Assembly: GCF_000150275.1 (NCBI RefSeq)
Contig: NW_002060944.1
Location: 1,226,911-1,290,910, forward strand
Length of the DNA stretch: 64,000 nucleotides
DNA from: Trichoplax adhaerens
Taxonomy: Eukaryota; Animalia; Placozoa
Reading direction: 5' to 3'
The notes under the pieces were generated by a model. The model did not search any database, was not told the origin of the DNA, and was given only the letters and a program-made list of their open reading frames with translations. A program made the position numbers and the translations under genes. Below, one piece after another: positions 13,923 through 27,800 of this stretch. Within the stretch, counting starts at the first letter, position 1, and each line of letters starts with the position of its first letter.

Positions 13923-15428
13923 GATTGCTGCCGACCAATACTATACTGACGTCACTTTCGAATGTAACACTTGTAGTGGAAGAGAGTCATCTGACGTCTC
14001 CCACGGCTCCCATTCAAGCTTCACCACTTCAACGTTTCAACCACTGTGACCAGTCAGCCAGTCATGGGCGACTCTGCCTGCACCACGTACCACCGTAAAC
14101 GTACTGTACGATGACATCATTTTCCTGGTAGGACCATAGTGTTGCTGCTGACAGCACCATCACCCTACTGAACCTAGTCACACGCAATGATGATCGAGTT
14201 CGCATTTTAGACCTTTACCGTTGTAGGACACGGATACAGTGAATTGTACTGTACTATACCAATGGGTGTACTGTACACTGTAGCCAATTATGATCAAGCT
14301 GCCATGGAGTTATTTGGTGGGGAAATATTCTATTCCTAGACATCGGATGATATCCATGGCCTGATTTAAAACAATGCCCAACTTAATACCAGCATGTGTA
14401 ATGGAAAGTACTGGCCAGGCTACACCAAGTAAGAGCTACAATATTGTAGAAGAAGAAGTCTTAGAAACAGCTTCTTCTATGTTGAAATGTGTGAAGTGAA
14501 AAACTGCTACGACGCTGTTGCTGGTGACAGCGTTGTTTATCTCGCATACTTGCTGCAGTTGTTCTACCCATCATTGATTGATTTTTTGAATTGATGTCTC
14601 TACCTCCCTACACTATGTCTCTACTCTATCACCAAACACTCATCTCTACTCTCCGCTAAAGTACTCACGATGTATTCAACATCAACATCAACTTTGGATG
14701 ACTGTCATGTGATCCAGTTGCTACGGACAGAAAAATGGATGACAATTACTGCACTGTACTGCACAGTATACTGATTGAAAGTTGATCAGCAGTAGTGTTA
14801 CCTTTACAGTATTCATTCTCTTTCAATTTTCAACATATTTTACTTGAAACTTCAGTCAAGTTTCACGCAAATAGATCATTACAATGTTGAGCCATCGCCT
14901 CTTGATGTTATTGCTAATTCTTACCGCAGTATTGAGTTATTTTATTTCTTTTTCGAAAATTCTTAACACAGTACAAGCTACTAGTACAAGCCATCTCTCA
15001 GTCACTTGTAACAAGGCTGAAGGGACAGTCAATAAGAGAAGTCTGTACGTCTGTACATCTGTACTCTGTACCATGATCCTAGATAGACGTACGGATGGAT
15101 GCTTCCTGAAGAAAAAAGCCTCTGCCAGCGGACAGCGGACAGCCGACAGCATGACACAGCATGATGGACCAGTCTGATATTGAGGGTCCTCCCTCACTCT
15201 TCTTGACCGGTGATATTGTGTTCGCTCTCTATTTGTGCTAGGCAAGATATGATTAAGTACTGTACCATGGTTTTCTTTTACTGTACTCGCTAGCAAAAAT
15301 GATGATTTAGTAGTGCCTGCCGCCAGTTGAAATCATAGAGGTAAGAAAAAAAACACAGAGTGGCTAATTTACCCTACGCAGTAATGGTTGAATTTGCCCT
15401 TCTACCGTTCTGTGTAGGGCCAAGCATA

Positions 15429-15579
15429 TTGCGCATGCTCTAGAACGCACTCCTTCTCAACTGCGCACTCGCACAAAAATGGACTATAAATGCTTCGTCT
15501 TAGATCTTATACTCTTCCTCTTGTACTGTACATGTAGTTGACGGCGGAGCTCCTAGTGTGGTGGCGATATCAATTTTAG
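15429..15579 (+). promoter_or_regulatory. RPL10 core promoter and non-coding first exon (NRF1-like sites, TATA, polypyrimidine TCT/5'TOP start)
   Basis: TGCGCATGCT (~15430) and TGCGCACTCGCA (~15462); TATAAA at 15485-15490; CTCTTCCTCTT at 15512-15522, ~27 nt downstream; GTAAG donor at 15580; plausible acceptor AG at 16547-16548 upstream of the RPL10 ATG. Confidence 0.6.
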
Positions 15580-16590
15580 GTAAGCTGTTAAAATCCTAAT
15601 GGAATCTTCAATCTGTCGATGCATCCATGATTGATAGCGTAAAAAAGATTTAGAGAATAGAATTTTACATCAATTTGTCATGTTAGTTTCCATTGATCGG
15701 AATAATCAGCAAAGTTCGTTCTTGAATCAAATTCATCATTGAATCGATGCATACACCACCACACCGGTAGGCATACAGTAGGACTTGATACAAATCAAAG
15801 TGCCATAGACTGAAAGTTAGTTAATCCACACACGTCGATGTCTTCTTCAACGGCAAATTATATCTACATGTCGACACTAGATTTTAGGAAGGCAAAGTTG
15901 ATATTATTTTCTAGAGTTATCTACAGTATATAATGTTATCATGGATACCAAATCACTTACGAGCGTCGCTTGTAACCAATGCTCACTACAGTCACTATGG
16001 ACGGCACTTGTGCAATATCCTTTTCTTGCTCTATCGTTCAGTATTCAAAATATGATGAGTCACGGATGAGTCAGTAACTTACAAAGTCGAATGTTGTGAT
16101 ATTATAGCCAGAAAGTGTGCCATCTGCGTATCATTTCATCTACTCGGACTTGTTGTCTGCCAATCCACAGAAATTGACAATTCTCCAATTAGTTATCAAC
16201 GCTAAAACGTAATTCGTATCAGTAAGTTTCCATGCTTGTTGTATTCTACTGTACTGGAATGATTTGTAAAATGGCATCCAAGTACATTGATTTTTTTGAC
16301 TTGATTTATTTATAAACAGGAAAGGTATCGAGATAGTTTTACTTATTCACAACAGTTGATAGGCTAAAAGTTGCTGGTGCTCTCATCCGTTTAGCAGTGG
16401 ATGACATCAATGTATACTTTGCAGTATTATTTTCTTGTAGACTCGAGATTTATAACCACAGTTACATTGCTGACTTTGAAACGAAAATTTTTTTCAATGA
16501 ATTCTGTTGTTGACGGCAAGATGAACTCAACATTTCTAATTTCAATAGGTTCTACGTCCAAAAGTTTTTTTATAATACTTGCCTATCAAG

Positions 16591-18243
16591 ATGGGTCGTC
16601 GTCCAGCCCGATGGTAAAGGAATGATTGCTAATATTACAATAATTACCTTTTGCTATCATACCGTAAACTCTGCTTCTTAAGAAAATCTCAATAGACGAA
16701 AAAATACTGTGCTGAAATGGTTATGAAGCAGTTTGTAAAGTGTTACTAACAAGTTGATTTCGTTTGCAGCTATCGTTATTGCAAGAATAAAGCATACCCT
16801 AAATCGCGTTTCTGTCGTGGTGTCCCAGGTGAGTGATCGTCTATGATAAGCTCAACGGTAATAACATCTGCATAAACATTTATTTTTTTTCAATACGTTA
16901 CTGCTTGCTTATGTAGTATCTAACATTATGTCGTAGTAGTGCCAGCGATCTATGCGTAAAGTAGTACTATATTGTACTGGTAGTTTTCCATCAGATTACA
17001 TTCTTTGGTAAGATGATCGTTTTTATTGACTGGAAGAAGCAATGCATATAGCAGGCCAATGTTGTTCTGTAACCCACTTTTAAGATTTTGTCAATATTCG
17101 GAAATTGCTGCAAGCGAATGCAGATATTAAGATATTATCATATACTCTTATGTGCTCGTTGATATTTTGTGCCATATTAATAACCTTATGCAAAACGAAA
17201 TAACTATTAATCATTGTAATCCGTTATTTATGAACCTCAATAGATCCCAAAATTCGCATCTACGATCTGGGTCGTAAAAAGGCTAATGTAGAAGACTTTC
17301 CAACATGCATCCATTTGGTATCAGATGAGTTTGAGCAGTTGTCAAGCGAAGCGTTAGAAGCAGCTCGTATCTGTTGCAACAAGTACATGGTAAAGTACAC
17401 CGCGAAAGATCAATTTCATATCCGTATACGTGTCCATCCTTTCCATGTTTTACGTATTAACAAGATGTTGTCGTGCGCCGGTGCCGATAGGTAGGAATCT
17501 CCTTCCAAAATTGACATACACCTATAGATCGTAGTAGTCTCTTACCATCAGAAAGTCTACTTGGCATGATAACGGAAAAGTCATGCCGCACTTTCTCAAA
17601 GTTTTAGCAATATAAACTCTCATGAATGGTAATCGTTAGTAGTTACACTAGTGAAAGTGAAATAGAATTGTCCGGACTATATTAACATTAGCCCGATCTG
17701 TTGGTCTTTGCCTACTAAAATCATAGATACTCTAATTTAGTTAATGACATGGTGTTTATTCCATTAGATTGCAAACAGGTATGCGTGGTGCCTTTGGTAA
17801 ACCTTACGGCACTGTAGCTCGTGTAAAAATCGGACAGCCTCTTATCTCAATCAGGACAAAAGATAATCACCAAGCTAAGGCTATTGAAGCTTTAAGACGT
17901 GCTAAATTTAAGTTCCCTGGACGCCAAAAGGTAACAATCTCCTCGATTATAAACAAATAACAACAATAGTTACCGATCATCCGTTTTTTGTTGTTTAATC
18001 TACGAGTATCTGTATAAGCTGATTGAACTATCAATACAGATGACATTGCAAGTATGGTTATTTATTAAATCCTTCTTTGATATTTTAAAGATTTATGTTT
18101 CTAAGAAATGGGGATTTACTAAATGGGATAAAGAAGACTATTTACAGATGCAGCAAGATGGTAAATTGCTATCTGACGGTGTTGGTTGTCAGTATTTGAA
18201 GGATCATGGTCCCTTATCTGCATGGATGGCTCGCCAGCATTAA
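16591..18243 (+). CDS. RPL10: 60S ribosomal protein L10 (uL16), 5 coding exons (16591-16613, 16770-16828, 17244-17490, 17768-17930, 18091-18243), 214 aa
   Basis: Translation [41 protein letters not shown]...[28 protein letters not shown]...[20 protein letters not shown]; 645 nt including stop; AATAAA at ~18317. Confidence 0.98.
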
Positions 18244-19708
18244 GTGAATGGCTGTTAACCAGTTTTACGTCATTCCGTGAAGCTATCGAAAATTGTTGTA
18301 AAAATGCATCGGTTACAATAAAGTTTACCTGTTAAATGAAGATACTCTATGTTTATTAATAGCAATTAGATGACATGAATGCAATACTAGTGGTTACAGC
18401 TAGCAACTTTGTACTGCATGTCGGATATTGTTGCTTTACTGCATACTTTAGTAATGGTACAGGAAAAGAGACCTTCGTAAGATATTTACAAGTTAAAAGC
18501 TCAGTTAGTTTCAAACTATATTGTTCGTGTAATTTAGTGAGCCTACGCACAGTAGAATACTGTGTCCAATCAGGATTAGTGAGTAAAGTTCTACTGTGAT
18601 AGGATATCGCAGAAGTATTAGTACTTTCGATTTAGGTACTCCAGCGAAGTTGCAATAGCACGAATTAATACCAATATGTTTGTACTTGATGGAAAATTCC
18701 AATGGCTGAATGACCCTAAATGCTCGCTACTTTGCATGATGTCTTTAGAGTCCAGTGTAGGTGCTACAGTACATACGTAAAGAAAGAAGAGAGTTACTGT
18801 TAAACGCAGGCTGCTCAAGCTAGATCTGTGAGCCCACGGCAATTATCTGTATGAGTCTGAGTCTGACTGCAAGCATCAAACAAATAGCCAGGAAAGTGTC
18901 TGGCAGTCAAACTTGGCAGAAATAGAAACTCTACAAATTTGGTCACACATTTTCCAAGGAATAGCCACAGATTTACTTTCCTTGGGTGCTGCAACTCTAG
19001 AACTACTGTACTATACTTTATACAGCCTGATGTATTCTCAGCTAAGCCGTACATGACTACTAAGACGCTAACACGCCTGGCGTGTAAGCCCGGCTATAAA
19101 GTGATATCAACAATCTTTATAGCTTACAACTTGTATTACCGATCTGATCAATCCTAGGATTGTCAAAAATTTCCAGGTTGACTTGTAAAGCCTTTAAGGT
19201 TCGAGGTTGAGCATTGACCATCACAATATCATTGGAGTCAGGAGAGCATGCAGATTACAAATTTACTTTTGAAAACTTATTCAATTTCAGTAACTTCCTA
19301 ATGCGATATTTTCATGAAGCGCTATTGGTAGCTGTCGACAGCTAGCCTAACCAGGAACTTCAAGGAAAACTATTTCTCTTTAGAAGTCCCTATCGCAGCC
19401 ATAGAGGTGTTTTTCTTTAGCTCTGCAGTAGTCCTCGATGGGTGTAACACTGCTACAGTATCGACAGTATATATGTTCTAGTATAGCACTATTTCATTTT
19501 TTTGAAGTATCAAAAATCGAAATGGTAATATGGACAGGCTTAATTAATGGGAAATCAGTTTGCGCTGAGTTGAAAGGGCTTAATATTGCCAATGGACGGA
19601 TACCAATTGATATTGGTCCATTTATCGGAGGTAGAAGTTAGCCTATGATAGAACTAACAGGGACTACTGTAGAATAAATTCTACCCTAAAACTCCCACCT
19701 CCACATCC

Positions 19709-20685
19709 CCTACTCTTACTTTAGAACGCATATCTCTACACCCCTTCTCTTACTTTAGAATGCACATCTCGATATCCCTACTCTTACTTTAGAATGCACA
19801 CCTCGATATCCCTACTCTTACTTTAGAATGCACATCTCGATATCCCTACTCTTACTTTAGAATGCACATCTCGATATCCCTACTCTTACTTTAGAATGCA
19901 CATCTCCATATCCCTACTCTTACTTTAGAATGCACATCTCGATATCCCTACTCTTACTTTAGAATGCACATCTCGATATCCCTACTCTTACTTTAGAATG
20001 CACGTCTCGATATCTCTACTCTTACTTTAGAATGCACGTCTCGATATCTCTACTCTTACTTTAGAATGCACGTCTCGATATCCCTACTCTTACTTTAGAA
20101 TGCACATCTCGATATCCCTACTCTTACTTTAGAATGCACGTCTCGATATCTCTACTCTTACTTTAGAATGCACATCTCGATATCCCTACTCTTACTTTAG
20201 AATGCACATCTCGATATCCCTACTCTTACTTTAGAATGCACGTCTCGATATCTCTACTCTTACTTTAGAATGCACGTCTCGATATCCCTACTCTTACTTT
20301 AGAATGCACATCTCGATATCCCTACTCTTACTTTAGAATGCACATCTCGATATCCCTACTCTTACTTTAGAATGCACGTCTCGATATCCCTACTCTTACT
20401 TTAGAATGCACGTCTCGATATCCCTACTCTTACTTTAGAATGCACATCTCGATATCCCTACTCTTACTTTAGAATGCACATCTCGATATCCCTACTCTTA
20501 CTTTAGAATGCACATCTCGATATCCCTACTCTTACTTTAGAATGCACATCGCCACATCCCTACTCTTAATTTAGAATGCACATCTCGATATCCCTACTCT
20601 TACTTTAGAATGCACATCTCCATATCCCTACTCTTACGTTAGAATGCACATCGCCACATCTCTACTCTTGCTTTAGAATACACAT
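19709..20685. repeat. Minisatellite, 34-bp unit, ~29 copies
   Basis: Head-to-tail CCTACTCTTACTTTAGAATGCACATCTCGATATC with variants (cacg/caca, tctac/cctac), no spacers, degenerate edge copies. Confidence 0.97.
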
Positions 20686-21261
20686 ATGCAGTATATTATA
20701 TAAAGTAAGAGTGAGGTAGAAGTGGAGATGAGAGTTTACTCTAGGATAAAATTGCTTCTTGAGCAGTCCGTGGACCTAATGTACAGTACTAGCAGTAGTA
20801 GTCCTGTATTCCTAAACAGCCACAGAGGTAGTCATCGTGTACAGTACACTAGCGTACACAAGGATGCACCATGGTCTGCAACTCGACTGTCCGTCCGCGA
20901 GTCCGGTAGAGTTCCTTGCACACCTGATGACACGGAGAAGGTCTAGGGTACTGCGTAGAACTATATCTAATGAGGTATACGATTCTCTAATATTTATGCA
21001 ATAGTACGGCGACTCGCTTAAAAAGCGCTTCACGGACCTAAACGGCCTGGTGTGATGAGGTAACCTTGGAGTTTTATTCACCTACCTCTGGATACTGGAG
21101 TGGATGCTAGGATAAAATCGCGTTTTAAGCTCATTTGGCTTCTTTCTATTGTAATTCTAGTACTATTTGATGTTTCAAGTTGAGTGAATACTTCAGGGGT
21201 ATTGGTTACAGTAGAAGCAACTTCTTCCTCATCGAGGATCAATGCTCTATCAAGTGGAAAT

Positions 21262-21812
21262 ATGGTATTACTGAATGGCAACCAAATCCATGATGGCCTA
21301 CTTTTTGTGGCTATCATGTTGCTATTCCTAACCTTTACGTTATCCATGTAAGGCAACAAAAAAACATAAATAGTAATATTAAGCAGCACTAATTATATGG
21401 ATGGAGCTGTCCATTTGAATTGGATTCCAATTCTTCTTGCTCCTTTTCAATTTTAATTGGATAACAATGTTGTCCATTTCTTCATAATATAAACAGTCGT
21501 ATCCATCTACTCATTGGTTTATGGGTCGCTGGGCTTGGATTTTATGCTAGTCTATCATGTTACAGGTATGCTCTTAAAAGTACAACTACTGATTAACTTT
21601 CATAGTCAAGAAATATTGACCTTGTTCACTCCTTGTTTTTGCTGTCGTAAATGATTATTCACACCTTCTATGCTTGATTTATCTTTTCCATCGTCTTTCT
21701 CTAGCACATACCGACATTTAACTGAGGTGATCATGCTAACGAGAAAGAAGAAGGTAAGCGTACAATACCTTTTAGTGCGATCAATGTTGGCAGCCTTGAT
21801 TAATACGCCTAG

Positions 21813-21843
<31 letters not shown>

Positions 21844-24800
21844 CTGTATATATTTGGAAAATAAATAATGATTGTAAACCTAATATCAGTGGATGCAATT
21901 GGCATAGCATTATCTTTGTTATCAATTCTGGTGATAAAACAACTCAATTTGTCTATTTGGCCATATATTTTGAACTATAGCCTAGAAAGCGAGTCGATAG
22001 TAGCGTGTGCAAAGTTTGTGACACCCCTGGTTGCAGAAGGCATCGGTATGCAAAGAAATAGGATTGAATACGTACATTCATTCGTATTCTGATCCTTAAA
22101 TATTGTTATGATGGAAGCCAGCCTAATCATGAAAAACGTTCAAAAATTAACCTTCATGTCTATTACATTCATGCATATTGTATGCTAACGTGCTTGTACA
22201 ATTCTGTATTCCAATTGATGAAACTGTTTACCACAATACAAACTGCTTAAAAACATTCTTTCATTGCATCCTACTCATAATATTAAAATATTCTATTTCT
22301 GTTAACCATTAGACCCATGTCAACCGTTTCCCAGCTAGAGGTGAATTTTAAACGACACCATCATTATTTATATTCGTACATCCGTAACTACCTCACTATA
22401 TTTTACAACAATTTGTGCCTGAATGATATCGTAGTAATGCGTATTTCCTTTCTCATTTGCCAATTCCCTTTATAGCCTTGGATAAACACTTCGGTAACGG
22501 AAAAAGTCGATGACGCCTTAACGGAGGTAGGCAACTGCTTCTCGGTATATATTTACACTGAATTACATCATAATATTTCTTTGCACTAACGGTGGTTCTA
22601 CTGCTAGTTTTTCAATTTACTTTTGGAGAATTATGTCTATTATTGGTACAGGTATGCTTTTACCGTAGAAGCAAGATAACGTTCTATACTTTCATCAATC
22701 ATAATCTGCAACAGCTACCATACAATGCAGTATGTTTGTATAGTAACATATTCCATCCAATTTATTTGTAGCCAATTCAGCTCTCATGAAGGCCTAGTGA
22801 ACAGCATCAGAGAGTCGATTCGATTTATTGTTTCCAGCCTTACCGTTAGAGCTATAAGGGTAAAATATCGCATAAAATGCTCTAGTTTTACTGTATACCT
22901 TCTGTGATTACTGCATATTTATTTTTTGTACAGCAATGATGGATATTTTTTATATTTTCTTTACAATTTCAAACACTTTCAGATCGACTTAACTTCAGTA
23001 CTAATGGAAAAAGTATTTAAGGCCTCATTTCAGCAACTAGATGTTTTTGTGAAAGCAAAACAGCTCTGTAAGACTATGCTTTATTTATCATTATCACCGC
23101 AGAACTAATTATGTGGGGTATAAAGGCTGAAATTTGACTATCAGTCAAACTTAATTAATACGCAACAATTAATGTATAGGCGATGGTAATGAAAAAGATC
23201 TTGAATTAGAAACTTTACGTTTATTGGGACCGAATTTACATGTTGCCATGAGAAGTAAAGAAAAAGAAGTGTTTTATTTACGATCTCTAGCAAATTCAAT
23301 CGTAACAATCGTTATTCCCGCAGATCTAGAGAATTGCAGGTACACTAGTTGAAGTCTTGCTCTTGTCATATTTGATTATTTTTCAATACTGGATATCGCC
23401 GAATATATGGCAATCTGTAACCTCTATCTACTAATTCGTAAAGGTCACTTCGTACCCTCTTCAGAGAAATTTTTTGCTGCACGATTTTGCATAAAGCTCT
23501 ACATACTGTATCTGAACCGGTATGGATCGCAAAATATCATGTTTATAATAATTAATAATTTTTATTCAAAATGAAATTATTTTATTTTTATTTAGTGCCA
23601 TAAGTTGTGTAGGTTATTGATAAGAATTCTTACCTCCTATCGTAAATTGCTAAACTAAAACTTTTTTCGTTGTATTTCAATTTCATGCATATGTACTTGA
23701 TGTAGAATGTAATCAACACAGCCATATATTCATTCTGTGATCCAACAAAGGTAAACTAGACAACCGATGTTTAGCAAACTGTTAGGCTCCTTCCCATGCA
23801 TTTATTAACTATATTGAATTTGGCGTATAAAATAGATCGATTGTCCTGATGATTCTCACTTACCTCGAGTGCCCATTCTATCAGCGTTTCAAAAGAGGAA
23901 AACTGTATCGATCTGCCATGTAAACGCATATGCATCATAATTTTTTGAGTACCTTTTTTAATTTTTAATCTATGACCTATTCTTTCCCTATTAGCCCTTC
24001 CATACGTCCTTGCAGAAAGCTATGTCAGAGCCAACGATGTTATTTCCTTTTCAAAAATTTATGCAACGAAGAGGCGTCATTCATCTAGTTAGTTTTTGCA
24101 GGACTGTAGGTAAGATTAGACTTACAAACCGTCCTTGCATATCTATAGCATTAAAGATTTCGTGACGTGCAATGTTAATAAAATTACTGTTGCTCAATAC
24201 AATAGAGGATTTTACTAACCGCGGTTCCAAAGTAAATTCGGCATCGAATGAAATTGAAGACATAAATAGACAGGCTCTGCAAATATATGCAGAATATTTC
24301 GCGCCTGATGCTCCCAGTAAAATTCCGTGTTCCCGAGGTATCGTCTCTGAAATAGAAAAGCTTATCGCCAACAAGAAAGATGCGCTACTTTACATTCGTT
24401 TAGCAAATCCACTGTATCGTGCATACGGATACATAATGGCAACATTAGAAAATGTATATTTGCCAAACTTTTATGAGTCGGAAGAGGTACTATCGGATTG
24501 GGTTCGGCTGCAAATATGAAAATTACAACAGCAACAAGGGTTGCTTTCCATGCAGTATCTAGACGGTCTCTTAGTTCATAATACGTTTGCGTTTGTATAT
24601 TTTATTGTAGTTTTACAAAATCAAATTTTCTCAAAAAACTAATGAAAATAAGGATAAGAGAATTTCGTGGGGTAGGAAGAGTTCAGCGCACAAGATGCCA
24701 GCTTCTAAAAAAAAATCAATGCCCGGATTGGGTACGGACATGTTATAATTACACTATTTTGACCTATCATATTAACCACAGATTTTTGTTATGCTTTTAT

Positions 24801-27800
24801 TTTAACTTGTGAAAATAGTGGAAGGGTCAAGCCGTTCAAGTATAATCGATGATAAAGAGGTGGTAATTGATAAAGATAATCCCATTCTAGTAGTTACGCA
24901 TCGTTAACGTTATTATGTCAGGAGCAAGATTTATGCCAGATTTATTACATATTTAGGAAATTGGCTCACACAGCAATTCACATGATGGAATTGGCGAAAC
25001 AGCTTATGGTAGACAGAAGTCTGAAAGCAACGCTTCGGAGTTATTATTCGATCAGAATTACGACATAAGCAAGTGGTTTATCGAAGTTCCTGAAGCAACC
25101 GTTAAAAGCGATAGTAATGGAAGACAGGTACCAATTTGCTCGTTGATATTGGGAAACTTCAATGTTTCAAACTTGATAATTTAACGACATGGTGTATTTA
25201 TCTTTCTGTAGATTTCTGCTTATCACATTTCTGTTTCAAGGAGAGAAGAATCGGAAGACAGTACGATTTAAGATTACCATACAAGTTAACAGACTGTACA
25301 CATTTAACATCTTTATCTTTTTATGTGATAACAGGCAATACTGCTGATGAGCGTGCATGGACTGTCAGAAGGTTCACAACTATGCGGCCTTAAATTGCTA
25401 ATTAAGTAGTTGCTTGTATGACAACAAGCAAGCATTTGTAGTTAAACCAAAAAATTTAAGTCATTGCCCTACATTTATAAGGGAAATAGTTGTATTTATT
25501 AGGCTTGTATATCCTATCATTTTTCGTAGGGGATTGATGGAATTCTACGTTCTCCATAATAAGCTAAAGGAATTTCATGAAGGTAACTTCAAAAGGCAAA
25601 TAATCGTAACTTATATTCCTATTCAGAAGAGATGTTATTGATAATATTTGAATCTCATAGTTTAGACGTTTATAATTGCAGAGAATCTGGATGATAGTTT
25701 ATTACCGAACAGGAAAGCGTTTAGTAATAAATCCTGGGAATTTTTCGAATCTAGGAAAATGTTCATGGAGCACTATTTACAAGTTAGAGTTGTAGCATAT
25801 TTTAACAAGGATATTTCAGTGCGTTACAGTAAAAAAACTGTACACATAACCCAACTGTTTATTTATCAGGATCTTTGTTCGAAGCCTTTCCTAACATCAA
25901 GTGGTCTACTATATGCATTTCTGTCACCTGATGAAAGATTCGAACACATGTTCGAACCCGATGTAATCCTTAAGAAAGCAGGTACTGCTCTCTACGGTAA
26001 TATCATTTACTTATTTTTCCAGATCTTAATCAAATATTTATCATCTGAAATGGAATATGTCATATTGCTTACTTCTTCCAAGATAAATTTTTCAAGCAGG
26101 TCCCAACAATGTTTAAAAAGGAGGTAAATAGATTTTTAAGTTTCATTAATTAATATGTATTCGTTCTTATAACAATAAATGATAACTATTGCAATTATTA
26201 CTAACGCCATATAGAAAGGGCAGTCCATCGATATCTTCCTTCAGAACTTCGCTCATACGGCCATTGAAGCAGACAACGATAGTGGGAGGTCAGTTGAAAA
26301 CCTCATAAGTTATACAATTAAAACATTAGCTGAACAATTATGGCCGACCCGTGTATGAATTGTAGCATGCAATATACACGATTCAGTTCGTAATATATTT
26401 TATTCCATCTGTTATAGACTAAGTATATCACAAGATACAGAAGTACCTGAGGTCAGTAGATTACAATATTTCTGATTAACAGTTTACCTATGTGTCATTT
26501 ACCAATATCTTTTAATCAATCAGTTTCAATTAGCTCCTGAGCCTGAAATTGACTTATGTGATCTGTTACAAATGTAAGCTAGGCAAAATCAGCCCTTCGC
26601 AGCTGTTAAATATTGCTATAATTGTGAAATCATTTTTAACTATAGTAAATATTGATTAATTGCCTGGCGGCTTTAATTTAATGTCTAACAAATACCAATG
26701 TCCTTTCGTTGCCGTAATTTATTATCACAGACACTCTTTCGAGGATGTGAAGGAGTCAGACGGTAATATTATTACTATAGAGCTTTATGATTTAGATACA
26801 AAATGGCCCGGCTAATCTTTCATATTTTTCTTAGACAATAAAGTAATCCCGTTCACAAAGATGACAGATTACTTCATCTACTTAGGTGCGCTCAGTTTTG
26901 ATATATTTTCTATATATATTTAATAAAGTAAGCGATAAGCTGGCATTAATGCTAATTTCTTAATATGATTAAAAAATGCAGCACATCACGTATTTAAAGC
27001 CAGTGGAATATCAAAACTTCTTTTATTAGTATTGAAAGCCTTACCAGACAGCCTTTTAGAAAATATTCTAGATAGGTAAGCTAATAATAGATTACGTTAT
27101 AGCTGAATAAACATTTAGGAGTAGAAATATGTGATAGCCACGAATTAAAATCCCTCGTTTGCTTCAAATTTATTGGTATAATAAATGCTTTAACCTAGGT
27201 TGATAACGGTAAGGTTAGCGAAGCTGGAGAATGAGTATTACCAAGTAACTATAATCAAGTTGTTACAAGGTATTATATATCTCATGTGGATAATTATTTT
27301 TAACCAACGTCATATGAATAAATACCGTGACTTACATTCGTTGTAACCACTAAATTCATAAACTTTTTAGATGCCATCTTCGGTCCTCCGGATTCTCCAA
27401 AGTATGATGAAACATATATTATAATTTATATCAATAAAGGAAGTGAGGATTACAATATATCTTTCAGTTAAGTGACACGGCTTTAATTTTGACATTAAAA
27501 TAGGACACAGGCTGAAATTGAGGCAAAAAAGACTGAGGCGTTTGAGCGTTTTATAAGCTTTCTTCCAGGTAAAGAATCTATATTTTGAAATGTACATTAA
27601 ATCGCGTTAAAAAGCAATACAGCAAATAGAGTAATAATTATAAACGCTATGTATGAATCCCACACCAACTATTATATATGTAGACCTTCTACCAAAATGG
27701 ATTGGTAAATCGAAATATCGTGATGGAGTCGGTATTGCATTTCAAATGCTGCAGTATCCCAAATTAAACCGGCAGGTAATTATTCAACAGTATTTTCTAT

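Noticed and set aside
14884-15296. Overlapping ORFs in the NPC2/RPL10 intergenic region
   Set aside because: No domain features; region looks like promoter DNA.
16829-17767. SNORA70 ortholog in an RPL10 intron
   Set aside because: I found no recognisable SNORA70-like guide sequence; only generic hairpins, reported separately.
18356-19641. Several 60-80 aa ORFs downstream of RPL10
   Set aside because: Overlapping on both strands with no motif; consistent with chance ORFs in slightly less AT-rich DNA.
19709-20685. CRISPR array
   Set aside because: Units are contiguous with no unique spacers, there are no cas genes, and the context is eukaryotic; it is a minisatellite.
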